Shown here: piece after piece, positions 36,920 through 48,650 of the stretch
Numbering within the stretch: the stretch's first letter is position 1
Layout of the letters: each line of letters opens with the position of its first letter
Made by a program: the position numbers and the translations under genes
Source of the DNA: Octopus sinensis
Taxonomy: Eukaryota
Assembly (NCBI RefSeq): GCF_006345805.1
Contig: NW_021834453.1
Span: 1-48,650, forward strand
Length of the DNA stretch: 48,650 nucleotides
Reading direction: 5' to 3'
Notes under the pieces: model-generated
The model's database searches: none
What the model was told of the DNA's origin: nothing
Seen by the model: only the letters and a program-made list of their open reading frames with translations

Positions 36920-38661
36920 TTATTATTATTATTATTATTATGGCTGCCCCCGTTATGAGTATGGCCATTGCACGAAGCTTAACTGTTACTGGTGCTGTGA
37001 TCGGATGTGACTTTTTAGCCCAGCTAAAGATCTACAATGTCTTGTACAGATTGGCGACTAATACCTTTACCGGTAATAGCCAGCTGTACTTGTAACTGGG
37101 CTTCATGTACCTTTGCATGTCGTTTAAGTCCTCCTGCCGATTACACTCTCTTCCAACATGCCGACAGATATGATTAGTATGGTGTGTTCAACCACCACCA
37201 TGGCAAGTTGTCACTCATCTGTCTCGCTTTGTGATACGAAGATGACTCTTGAGTCCAGTTTTACTGAGGCAGCTTTACTGAGGCAGGGTGATTGTGTTCT
37301 TCCAGAAAGTCAATCTGGCTTTCGTGTGGGACGTGACACTGCTGATATGATCTTTTCAGCTAGACAGCTTCAGGAAAAGTGTGTGGAACAGGGTCTGGAT
37401 TTGTATCAGATCTTTGTCGATCTGACAAAAGCCTTTGATATCGTCAATAGAAAAGCATTGTGGAAAGTCCTCCAGAAACTTGGGTGTCCTGAAAAGTTCC
37501 TTGCTTTGGTTATGTCTTTTCATGAAGACAGGAATGGCAGGGTGAATGTTAGAGGGGAAAATGTCGGAGCCCATTTCAATACAAATGGAGTGAAACAGGG
37601 GATATTCTGGCACCGATCCTAGTTTTCCATATATTTTGCGATGTGGTCTGTATTGGCATTCAGAAACTGCAGATACGTGGTTTTACGTCCATTATCGAAC
37701 CTCTGGCAGCTATTTAATATCAGGCGCCTTGCTGCGAAAACAAGGTTTTACCTCTATCATAAGAGACCTTTGTATGCAGATGATTATGAGCTAGTAGCAC
37801 ACACAGAGATTGATATGCAACACATTTTGAATGCATTCTCTGATGCTTGCACTGCCTTAGGATTGACAGTCAATCTCAAGAAAACTGTTATCATGCATCA
37901 ACCTGCCCCTGGTAAGCAGTATAGTGTACCAAATATCTATGTGTATAGTAAACGACTTGATGTAGTTGATCGGCACTATTAATAGATATGGCAATTTGGA
38001 TGATGAAATTCCATATAGAATTAGGAAAGCAAGTGTTGCTTTCGGAAGGCTAGAAAAGCGCCTCTGGAGTCGGCGAGACATGCAGAAAGACAAAGATAAA
38101 GGTGTACAAGGCATATGTGCTTCCTTCTCTTCTCTATGCCTGCGAGACGTGGGTCACATATCGATACCACCTTAAACAACTGGAACATTTCCATCAGATG
38201 TGCCTCAGGACGGATCTATGGCATTAAGTGAAGGACCACATCAATGATCTTGAAATATTTGGGAAGGCTCTCGGTGAGAATATAGAAGCTCTTGTGTTAA
38301 AGCAAAGGCTCAGATGGAGTGTCATCTGATCAGGATGAAGGATTCAAGGATGCCAAAACAACCTCTTTTATGGAGAGTTAGCTAAAGAGAACGACCTCCA
38401 CATAACCAAAAAGAGGTATAAGGACTTGCTGAAGGCATCCTTAAGAGATGCTTGCATCTCTCCTGACACTGGGAAGGCATAGCTATGATCGTATAGCAGG
38501 TGGAGAAGGATTGTGCACGGGGGACATCCACTTTTGAGAAATCTCGAGTTGCACATGAGAAAGTAAGGAGGGATGTCAGGAAAGGGCATCGCTGTTACAC
38601 TTCCAGAGGAAAGGGTCTTCCTTTGATGCTGACATGCAATGTCTGTGCAAGACCCTGCCTC
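36920..38661 (-). mobile_element. RTE-clade LINE with inverted 5' portion (3' end on -, RT body on +)
   Basis: Minus 37288-36920: CLSKTGLKSHLR..AGLKSHIRSQHQ*, 44-bp UTR and (TAA)n tail. Plus 37287-38661: LPESQSGFR, FVDLTKAFD, GVKQG, LYADD, LLYACETW, RLRWS, RYKDLLK, TCNVCARPCL. Confidence 0.88.
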
Positions 38662-38685
38662 ATATATATACATCTATATAATATA

Positions 38686-38719
<34 letters not shown>

Positions 38720-39054
38720 TAGATATATATATATTATATATATTATATAATATATATATATATATATATATAATAAATATAAGAGAGTGGTCACTATATG
38801 GCTCACTCTAGCACTAGTTAATCCAAGAGGTTTCAACCACAAAAATACATGTTTCCCATGAAAGTCAGTACGATTGTTAGCTCACACGGACAGGGCAAAT
38901 AAAAAATAAACACACACACAATATTAAGAATTCAAAAGAATCAGGTACTTCAATGATAGGCACCCTCAGTCACTCTGTTGCTTGGGCTGGATAATGATAA
39001 CAAAAAGAACACCAACAACAACAACAATAATAATAATATTAATAACAATAATCC

Positions 39055-39187
39055 TTTTTACTGTAGGCACAAGGCCTGAAATTTTGGGGGAGGGGTATAG
39101 TCGATTATATCGATCCTAATATTTCACTGGTACTTAACTGATCGATCAGGAAAGGATGAAAGACAAAGTCAGCATCGGCGGGATTTT
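39055..39187 (-). mobile_element. Nin/Deu-like SINE 3' fragment
   Basis: Reverse complement of the core (GAAAGGATGAAAGACAAAGTC) and tail (GGCACAAGGCC). Confidence 0.7.
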
Positions 39188-39201
39188 TATATATTTGTAT
39201 A

Positions 39202-40145
39202 TCAGGCTGAGTAAGCAACGTTTGGAACTATGAAGAATTTGTACCGGACTTTTGCAGAGATTTGAAATTTTCTTAAACTTTTTGTTCTTTGAAATTGTCT
39301 GATAATACAGACATAGACTTACTCAAATGCATCAATAAAATTGACGTTGATATTTTTTTCACCATTGTTACAATCATCTGAAATGGAACTGTCAAATTGC
39401 GATATTCGAGCATTTTCGAGCTATTCTACTTCATAAAAGGACGTAAACAGCCGAAACTACTCGCGATATCAACGAAACGTTTGGTGAGGAAATAACCAGT
39501 GAGTGGTGAACTTGAAAATGGCTTAAACGATTTCGCAGTGGAGACCTAAGCTTAGAACATCGTGAGCGTGATGGACACCCATCTGTCATTGATGACGGCC
39601 AATTAAAGACCGCCATTGAGAAAGATCCACGTAAAACTACTCGAGAACTCGCAAAAGAACTTCAAGCTAGCCAGAAAACTGCCTGGAACCATTTGCATGC
39701 GATCGGAAAATCAAAAAAGTTCTCGACAAATGAGTACCACATGATTCGAATGAAAATCAGAAAATGTGCAGATATGAAATTTGATCGTCGCTTCTTCTCC
39801 ATAACCAGACCGATCTATTTCTCCACTGTATTGTAGCTTGCGATGAAAAGTGGATTCTGTACAATGATAGAAAACGTTCTTCGCAGTGGTTGGACCAAAA
39901 TGAAGCACCGAAGACTTTCTCTAAACCCGAGCTCTTCAAAAAGAAGATTATGGTGACTGTTTGGTGGTGTACTGTTGGACTCATCCACTATAACTTCTTA
40001 AAACCCGAAAAAACCATTACTGCAGAAACATATTGCCATGAAATTGCCAAAATGAACGAAAAACTGCTATTCTTCCGTCTCAGACGGGTCAACAGAAGAG
40101 GGCCAATCATTCTTCATCTCAATGTTCAACCACCCGTTTCACTAA
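39202..40145 (+). pseudogene. Mariner relic: left end plus 3'-truncated transposase
   Basis: TA|TCAGGCTGAGTAAG left end; ATG at 39383; FRSGDLSLE, DPRKTTRELA, *VPHD, CDEKWILY, KIMVTVWW; ends before the YSPDL motif. Confidence 0.9.
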
Positions 40146-40249
40146 CCTTCTTCCCCACCCAGCTTATTCTCCAAACCTTCCCCAAACCCTGTTAAGTTAC
40201 AAGACCGTAAACAGAGCTACATCGGTTGTCAAGCGATGGTGTGGGGACA

Positions 40250-40253
40250 AGCA

Positions 40254-40343
<90 letters not shown>

Positions 40344-40491
40344 CACACACAAACACATATATGTATATATATTCATAATTTCTTTCATAGCTGTGTAATT
40401 CAATACCTACCTACCTACCTACCTACCTACCTACCTACCTATCTACTTACCTACCTACCTACCTACCTACCAACCAACCTACCCACCTTCA

Positions 40492-40559
<68 letters not shown>

Positions 40560-40640
40560 CCAAGATACCTACACACACACACACACACACACACATACTC
40601 ACTCTCTCTCTCTCTCTCTCACACACACACATATATATCA
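40250..40640. repeat. Compound (CA)n-(CCTA)n-(TCTA)n-(CT)n array
   Basis: Directly visible. Confidence 0.93.
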
Positions 40641-41294
40641 TAACTATACATTAATAGACCCACATACCCTGGGGTTTGTGCATGTATATACGTATGTGCG
40701 TGTGTGACTCTGTGTGTGTGTCTGTGTGTGTGCGCGCATGTATTACACATCTGCCCTCGGTGTAACTCCTCCTGGCCACACACCACGTACCCATCACCCC
40801 CACCATCTCTTCTACCATACCAATCCACCCACACAACAGTTCTGGTAATACCATCAAACACATACACACATGCGCGCGCGCACACGTGCACGCGCACACA
40901 CACACGAACACACGCACGCGCTCGGACACACACACACATACAAACACACGCACACGCACGCACACACGCACGCACATATACATACTACAGATCTCTCAGC
41001 TAACCGATATACTAAGAACAGTCAGTCGATTTTGATCGATTCCTGTCAGGTGAACTGGAAATAAAAGACACTGGAGTTGCCGACAACTCTTACGTTCTGC
41101 TGTACCAAACTACTTTTCTCTCTCTCTCTCTTTGTATCTCTTTCTTTCTTTCTCTCTCTCCTTCTCTCCCCTCCACTCACCTACACACACGCACTCGCCC
41201 TCTGCGTTTCTATCAATCGCACAGTTCAATATCGTCTCTCTAATACTCATCTATAGCGAACTTACAGTTGCTGTATATCTCTCCCCTTCTCTCC

Positions 41295-41325
<31 letters not shown>

Positions 41326-41326
41326 G

Positions 41327-41372
<46 letters not shown>

Positions 41373-41373
41373 G

Positions 41374-41404
<31 letters not shown>

Positions 41405-41562
41405 TCCTTCTTTCTTTCTTGCTTTCTCTTCCAACTTCAACCTTACTTATTCTCGCTTTGTGTCTGTGTATGCGTATGGATTCATATATACACATACACC
41501 GACACACACATACATATACGCACAAACGTATATATATATATAATTCATAAATGCATATATTT

Positions 41563-41618
<56 letters not shown>

Positions 41619-41849
41619 CATATAGATACATATATGTATGTATGTATGTATATATATATATATATATATATTTCACACACACATACGCACACACACACAT
41701 ATATATATATATACACATATATTTTACGTATGTGTGTGCATATGCGTATATGTATACATCATATTTAATCATATAATCATTTATGTACATGAGTGTACGT
41801 GTATATACATATACCCCTCCCTTCTCTCTTATTCTCTCTGAATATGTAC

Positions 41850-42225
41850 ACACACACACACATACATACATGCATACATACATACATACATACATACATA
41901 CATACATACATACACTGACACATACATACTACACACATACATACATACATACATACATACTACATACATACATACATACATACACTGACATACATACATT
42001 ACACATACATACATATACATACATACATAATATACATACATACATAATACATACTACATACACACTCATACATACATACATACATACATACATACTACAT
42101 AAGACATACACTGACACATACATACATACACACATACATACATACATACATACATACATACATACACACTCATACATACATACATACATACATACATACA
42201 TACATACACAGACACACACACATAC
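41850..42225. repeat. Degenerate (CATA)n array
   Basis: Directly visible. Confidence 0.93.
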
Positions 42226-42558
42226 ATGCACATCTCAGTATATAAACAAGCAAGCCTGGTAGAGGAGATATTTACACACGAAACATGTAATCCTGCCTAG
42301 ACTTGAAGCAATTCCGGAGATGATTTTAAACTGGAAAATCAATGAAGATTGTACTGCCGGCCATCCATAGTTGACATGGATTGTATTTTTTTTTTTCTTT
42401 CTATTAATCAATTACACCTGAAATGTATGGAACGTCAAAAGTCATCATGTATTATATCCGTAGAGTTAACAGCTATCCGTTGTCACTGCAGCATCTGATG
42501 CTCTTGTTATCGTAGCCATTGTTTGTACTGATTTTGTTTTTGTTGTTGTTGTTCTCAG

Positions 42559-42595
42559 GTGTGCTGCATGAGGTCAAATGCTTGTTTCAGCGCAT
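42559..42595 (+). other. Candidate 37-nt micro-exon
   Basis: Long U-rich tract ..GTTGTTCTCAG| followed by the donor |GTAAGA, in unique sequence. Confidence 0.4.
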
Positions 42596-42794
42596 GTAAG
42601 ATGAAAAGGTGTTCAAGTAGTAATCCATAGTTGTGTTCTTGAAAAGCTCGCTTTGCAACGCAACCACGTGGTTTTGAGTTCACTCCCAGTACGCGGCGAC
42701 TTGGGGAGCGAGTGTTTTCTCCCTATAGTCGGCCGATGTCCTTCTGGGTTAATTCGGTAGACGAAAACTGTGTGTAAGCCTGACGTATGTATAA

Positions 42795-42825
<31 letters not shown>

Positions 42826-42913
42826 TGTATGTATGTATGTATGTATGTATGTATGTATGTATATATATATATATATATATGTATACACACACACACACAC
42901 ACACAAACACACA

Positions 42914-43011
<98 letters not shown>

Positions 43012-43257
43012 TATATATATACATATATATATATATGAGATGCAGCACGAAGCTTTGTCAGTGAAACAGGTCGCGATCTCAAAGCGACGAAAATATTTTG
43101 ACAAATTAAATTTAAATGTTGAAGTGAATCTAACGGTTTTGTGTGTTTCTTAAATGGCTTATAAACACCTTCCACGCTGCAATTGTTTTTGTTCCAGCAC
43201 ACGATCTCAGATCAAGTCACTCGCTATGCAAGTACATCTCTCTCTCTCTCTCTCTCC

Positions 43258-43746
<489 letters not shown>

Positions 43747-43869
43747 ACATACACACACATGTATATATAGATATATGCGTGTAACTTTGGGTACTGGGGT
43801 CGATTTGTTCGACGAAAACCCTTCAAGATGGTGCCCCAGAATGGCCGCAATAGAGAAGTGACCCTCTCA

Positions 43870-44040
43870 CATGCTCTTTCATGCTCCGTCTGTTGTTTCT
43901 CCTCTAAGAGCTTTAGCGATCAGTGCCTATCGTCACGCTGCAGGCCTTCTCATCTCAGGTAACTGAAGAGATGCCGGAGATCTTCATGTGATTCTTCAGC
44001 ACATCTTTGTATCGCGACTTCTGGCTACTACGGCTGCTTC
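43870..44040 (-). mobile_element. RTE-clade LINE fragment
   Basis: SQKSRYKDVLKNHMK corresponds to the RTE motif GQxKRYKDxLK. Confidence 0.6.
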
Positions 44041-44202
44041 TGTTCTGACGCAGAACCAAAGAGAACCCCCACCACCACCACCAACAACAACAGCTGCAAC
44101 GGTAACTATACTAGTAGAGGCCGTTTACTGAACAGCGCACACATCATCAATGTTTGACGATCGGTTAGCATGACAAATATAGGGATCTGTTCAGTTTAGC
44201 TC

Positions 44203-45289
44203 ACAGATTTCTCAATTAATTTTTTAAAAACTAAACAGTTTGAAACTTCGTTTACTGGTGGAATGTCTTACGCAGAACACGGTTAGCTCTGAACATTTTG
44301 GACAAAATTTGGTATTTTAGAAGTTATTTCGTGTTAAAGTTGCTGTATTTGGGTAATTTCAACCAATCAACGACGTGTATTCGGTTGAAGAAAGATACTG
44401 CTGCTTGCGATAGTAATCAAAGAGGAACAAATTCCGGGTCATCTCTGCTAAATGTCGCCACTCTGTTCTATTTTATTTATTGTTTACTGCCTGTGTTGCA
44501 TGTTGCACGCTTTTTCTTTTGTTCTCACTTCGGAGTAACCAGTAAACATCGAAGAATCAACATCAAGAAGGAAGAAATATTATTCACATATATTTATTCA
44601 TTTGCCCGACATCGGTGTTTTATCCACACATAAAGCGCACCGGTGTTAAAAAGACCTATAGAGCTATGAGTCCGCAGCTAGCTTTTTTGTTGTTGACGTG
44701 TATGTTGCTTCAAAATGCCTTCTCTTACAACTACGAGATGTATTGTTAGTGTTATGATTTCATCTTACTATAATCAACAACGAACACATTTCGTCAATAT
44801 AAAAGTCTTAGATTAAAAATAACATTATCAAAGCATGAAGGTAAAACAAAACAAATAGCGGCTTATACACATGAAAATACGGTAATTGTAGTGGCAGTGA
44901 CAAGTTCGCTCACTGGTTGCTTGTTGATAGTTTAGAAGGGAGGGAAATGCTAAGGAGTGCACGGTGCTGACTAGAAAGGAAGAAAAGATAAAAGTGGCAT
45001 CGTCTTCGCTCGTCATACGAATAGAACAGAGTGGTAACATTTAGTAGAGATGACCCGGAAGTTGTTCCTCTTCGATTACTATCGCAAACAGTAGTAGCTT
45101 TCTTCAACTGAATACATGTCGTTGATTGGTTGAAATTACCCAAATACGACAATTTTAACACGAAATAACTTCTAAAATACCAAATTTTGTCAAAAATGTT
45201 CAAAGGAAACCGTGTTCTGCGTGAGACATTCCACCAGTATACGAAGTTTCAAACTGTTTGGTTAAAAAAAAATTAATTAAAAAGTCTGT
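44203..45289. repeat. Long inverted repeat (270-bp arms, 547-bp spacer); probable foldback or long-TIR non-autonomous element
   Basis: 44203-44472 is the reverse complement of 45020-45289 with scattered substitutions. Confidence 0.88.
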
Positions 45290-45779
45290 TCAAGAAGACA
45301 AATTCCTTCAAAAAATCCCTGATAAACCTCCCGCACCCGGATATATCTCCGTAGGCAATAACCACCACTTGACAACCAGTGTTGATTTGTTCATCTCGTA
45401 ACATAGCAATTTGACAACAGTAACCGATAGAATAAAAAAGATGAATTATCGTATACTTTGATACTTTGACAGGTTTCGGCTAATATTGGCCCAGGCCATG
45501 TCTAACTTAATAGCACCACCTGGCAAAGTCATTCAAATCAAAAATCGGAGAACATGGCCCACTCGATGTGGAACGAATTCAAACACACAGACACATACAT
45601 ACAAAGACACATACACACACATACACACACACATGCACACACACACACGCGCACACACACACACACGCGAACACACACGCACACACACACACACACATAC
45701 ATACAATGGGCTTCTTTCAGTTTCTGTCTACCAAATCCACTCACAGGGCTTTGGTTGGCTCAAGTCTATAGTAGAACAT

Positions 45780-46000
<221 letters not shown>

Positions 46001-46647
46001 GATAAGAAGATGCATAGATACTTATACACACACATATAGGGATAGAGAGGGAGAGAGAAAGATAGAACTGAGAGAGACAGAGGGAGGATAGATAGATATG
46101 GATATGCATACAAACACACGTATGTACCAATCTGATTGAGAGAGAAAGGATAGGAGAAAGTAGGAGAAGAGACAAAAACAGAGTTAGAGAGAAAGGTAAT
46201 AACACTGATTGCACGCCGCCTAGTTCATTAACGTGACCTCTCTAATCTCGTTGCTTCAGCCTAAGATTACCATCTTCAGCAGCCAGTCACTCACCATATA
46301 ATACATTTAATATCTCCGTCTTTACAAGAGAGCTTTAACGACATAGTGAAACATGAGACATAGCAAAGCTGTGCTAGCGCCCTCACCGACAAATACATGA
46401 AACAATCATTCAACATGTATGAGGCCAGCTATTATTAATTCAGAAAGACAAATGATGGAATTTTATCATTGCGATCGATAATTTACTTTAAAAGGCGAAT
46501 AATGATTGCAGCAGAGTGTCTATTCGCCTTTCTCTGTCTCTTCTCTCTCTATCTCACTTATACACGCTTATATGCATAGGCACGTAAATGCATATATACA
46601 TAGAGGTATAGACAGGAATACATACATACATACATACATACATACAT

Positions 46648-46682
<35 letters not shown>

Positions 46683-46709
46683 AACACACACATATGTATG
46701 TATATTCTT

Positions 46710-46902
46710 TTTCTTTTATTCTTTTACTTGTTTCAGTCATTTGACTGCGGCCATGCTAGAGCACTGTCTTTAGTCGAGCAAATCGATCCCAGGGCTTCTT
46801 ATTTGTGGGCCTCGTACTTTTTCTATCGGTCTCTTTTGCCAAATGGCTAGGTTACGGGAAGGTAAACACACCAGCATCTGTTCTCAAGCGATGTTGGAGG
46901 GA

Positions 46903-46989
<87 letters not shown>

Positions 46990-47044
46990 GCACACACATA
47001 CACACACACACGCACACACAGAAAGACAGACAGACTGACAGACA

Positions 47045-47087
<43 letters not shown>

Positions 47088-47262
47088 CATATATATATAT
47101 GTACGACGGGGTTCTTCCCGTTTCCGCCTACCAAATCCACCCACAAGGGTTTGGTCAGCCCGAGGCTATAGTAGAAGACACTTGCTCTAGGTGCCACACA
47201 GTGGGACAGAACCCGGAACCATGTGGTTGGTAAGCAAGCTACTTACCACACAGCCACTCCTC
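46710..47262 (-). mobile_element. OK-like SINE with an expanded (~200-bp) internal (CA)n
   Basis: Reverse-complement tail (46710-46890) and head (47100-47262). Confidence 0.9.
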
Positions 47263-47318
47263 CGTTTATATATATGTATATATATATGTATATATATGTA
47301 AATATCTATATCTATATA

Positions 47319-47399
<81 letters not shown>

Positions 47400-47422
47400 A
47401 TACATATATACATATATATACA

Positions 47423-47504
<82 letters not shown>

Positions 47505-47519
47505 ATATACATAATATAC

Positions 47520-47550
<31 letters not shown>

Positions 47551-47849
47551 TGTATGTATGTATGTATGTATGTATGTGTGTATGTATGTATGCAGAATGC
47601 TGTGGTTGTGGGGTAGCATTTTGGTTCTCACTTCGGAGTAACCAGTAAACATGTGTATATATATATGTATACATATGTATATATATATATATGTATATAT
47701 ATATGTATATATATATATATGTATATATACATATGTATTATATATATGATATAACACACTCACACACACACATACGTATACATTTATATATATCTTAGAC
47801 AGACAGACAGATAGATAGATAGATAGATAAACAGATTGAAGGTGTCCAC

Positions 47850-48180
47850 ACTTTTGTTACAGGGAGCAGAACCTGGAGAGCGAGAGTCAGCTTTGACGTC
47901 CATCTCTATCAAGTAGTCAGTTACCAGGATGGAATTGTGGACTGTTGCACTTTCCTGGTGCAGGTTCCACCGATCGAGTGGAAATGATCTGGCCTTCTGC
48001 GACGAAATCTGTTTTCGAATCGTTTAAACCTTCCACAAAGAGCTCTTTGTTAACTGTCTGGCTAGAGGGAAGCCAGTGGATGTAGTTGATACCCTTGCTG
48101 TTGTGATCTTCTCGGTGAACTTGCTTTACCTGGCTTTATGTGCCAGCGAAAAACATGCTTGGCTCATACAAGTTCATCGA
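47850..48180 (-). pseudogene. Mariner transposase fragment (irritans-like)
   Basis: NSKGINYIHWLPSSQTVNKE..RFRRRRP..LHQE..VHNSILVTDYL; ends in a decayed SPDLAPC. Confidence 0.8.
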
Positions 48181-48271
48181 TAAGCAGTCTTTAGCATTTA
48201 GTCCAATTTAACACAAAACTTTTATTGTATAACGCGGTTCCATTTTTCTTCAGCTCCCTACTGCATTCTGC

Positions 48272-48302
<31 letters not shown>

Positions 48303-48548
48303 CATACATACATACATACATACATGCATGTATGTATGTACGTATGAATTTTCTTTGCGTTTAATCTAAGTTCTTGAGGTAGTTCAAGCCGGTTCCTTAG
48401 AAAGCAAGAACACCTTTTGAGTTGAGAAAGTTATATGGTTGAATTGGTGTGTTCATTGAACTGTCGATGCATACACCGAAGTGTGTGCATTGTTTCATAT
48501 AAGAATCTCAAATGGAGAATTTTGGGACTGTATTGTATATCTTCACAG

Positions 48549-48582
48549 TGCCAACTAAAAGACTGGATTTGGGAGAATCCGC
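48549..48582 (+). other. Candidate 34-nt micro-exon
   Basis: Acceptor TATCTTCACAG| and donor |GTGAGT; two frames are open (xPTKRLDLGES; CQLKDWIWENP). Confidence 0.42.
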
Positions 48583-48650
48583 GTGAGTTTCTTTCGCTTT
48601 TTTCCCCCATGAAACCGAGTATTTCTGGGTTTTTGCGTTATATATGCTGA

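Noticed and set aside
41175-41182. Consensus minus-strand donor AG|GTGAGT
   Set aside because: Embedded in (TG)n-like low-complexity sequence, with no matching acceptor or ORF.
47855-48000. Plus-strand acceptor TTTTGTTACAG followed by apparently coding sequence
   Set aside because: The region is explained as the antisense of a mariner transposase fragment; all + frames stop early.

Overview
AT-rich animal genomic DNA dominated by microsatellites and transposable-element fossils. The SINE families and (TATG)n/(TA)n/(CA)n density point to an octopus/coleoid cephalopod genome (inferred from recalled octopus OK/OR-type SINEs; no database search was run). No intact host protein-coding gene is recognisable, and almost all listed ORFs are microsatellite read-throughs. 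Supported content: (1) a near-full-length, degenerate L1/Tx1-type LINE at ~15510-21942 (CCHC ORF1; APE-RT-CCHC ORF2), with (TATC)n on both sides. (2) Two R4/Dong-like restriction-like-endonuclease LINE pieces (6590-8417, 12580-12778), each lying in (TATG)n just downstream of the same dispersed repeat. (3) An RTE LINE at 36920-38661 with a twin-priming-like 5' inversion and three C-terminal C2H2-like fingers. (4) A CR1 3' end, four mariner relics, two hAT transposase fossils, and Tc1/mariner, pogo/Tc2, piggyBac and hAT MITEs with TIRs and TSDs. (5) Helentron-associated (HINE-like) elements, Penelope-like ends with degenerate hammerhead motifs, a 270-bp long inverted repeat and about 20 tRNA-derived SINE copies of several modular types. 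Weaker evidence suggests a promoter-like region at 33.3-35.9 kb and a possible + strand host transcript with micro-exons at 42559-42595 and 48549-48582. The leading hypotheses are microsatellite-targeted retrotransposition (Tx1 into TATC; R4 into TATG next to a specific repeat) and 5' inversion in a non-L1 clade. All alignments and translations were done by eye.
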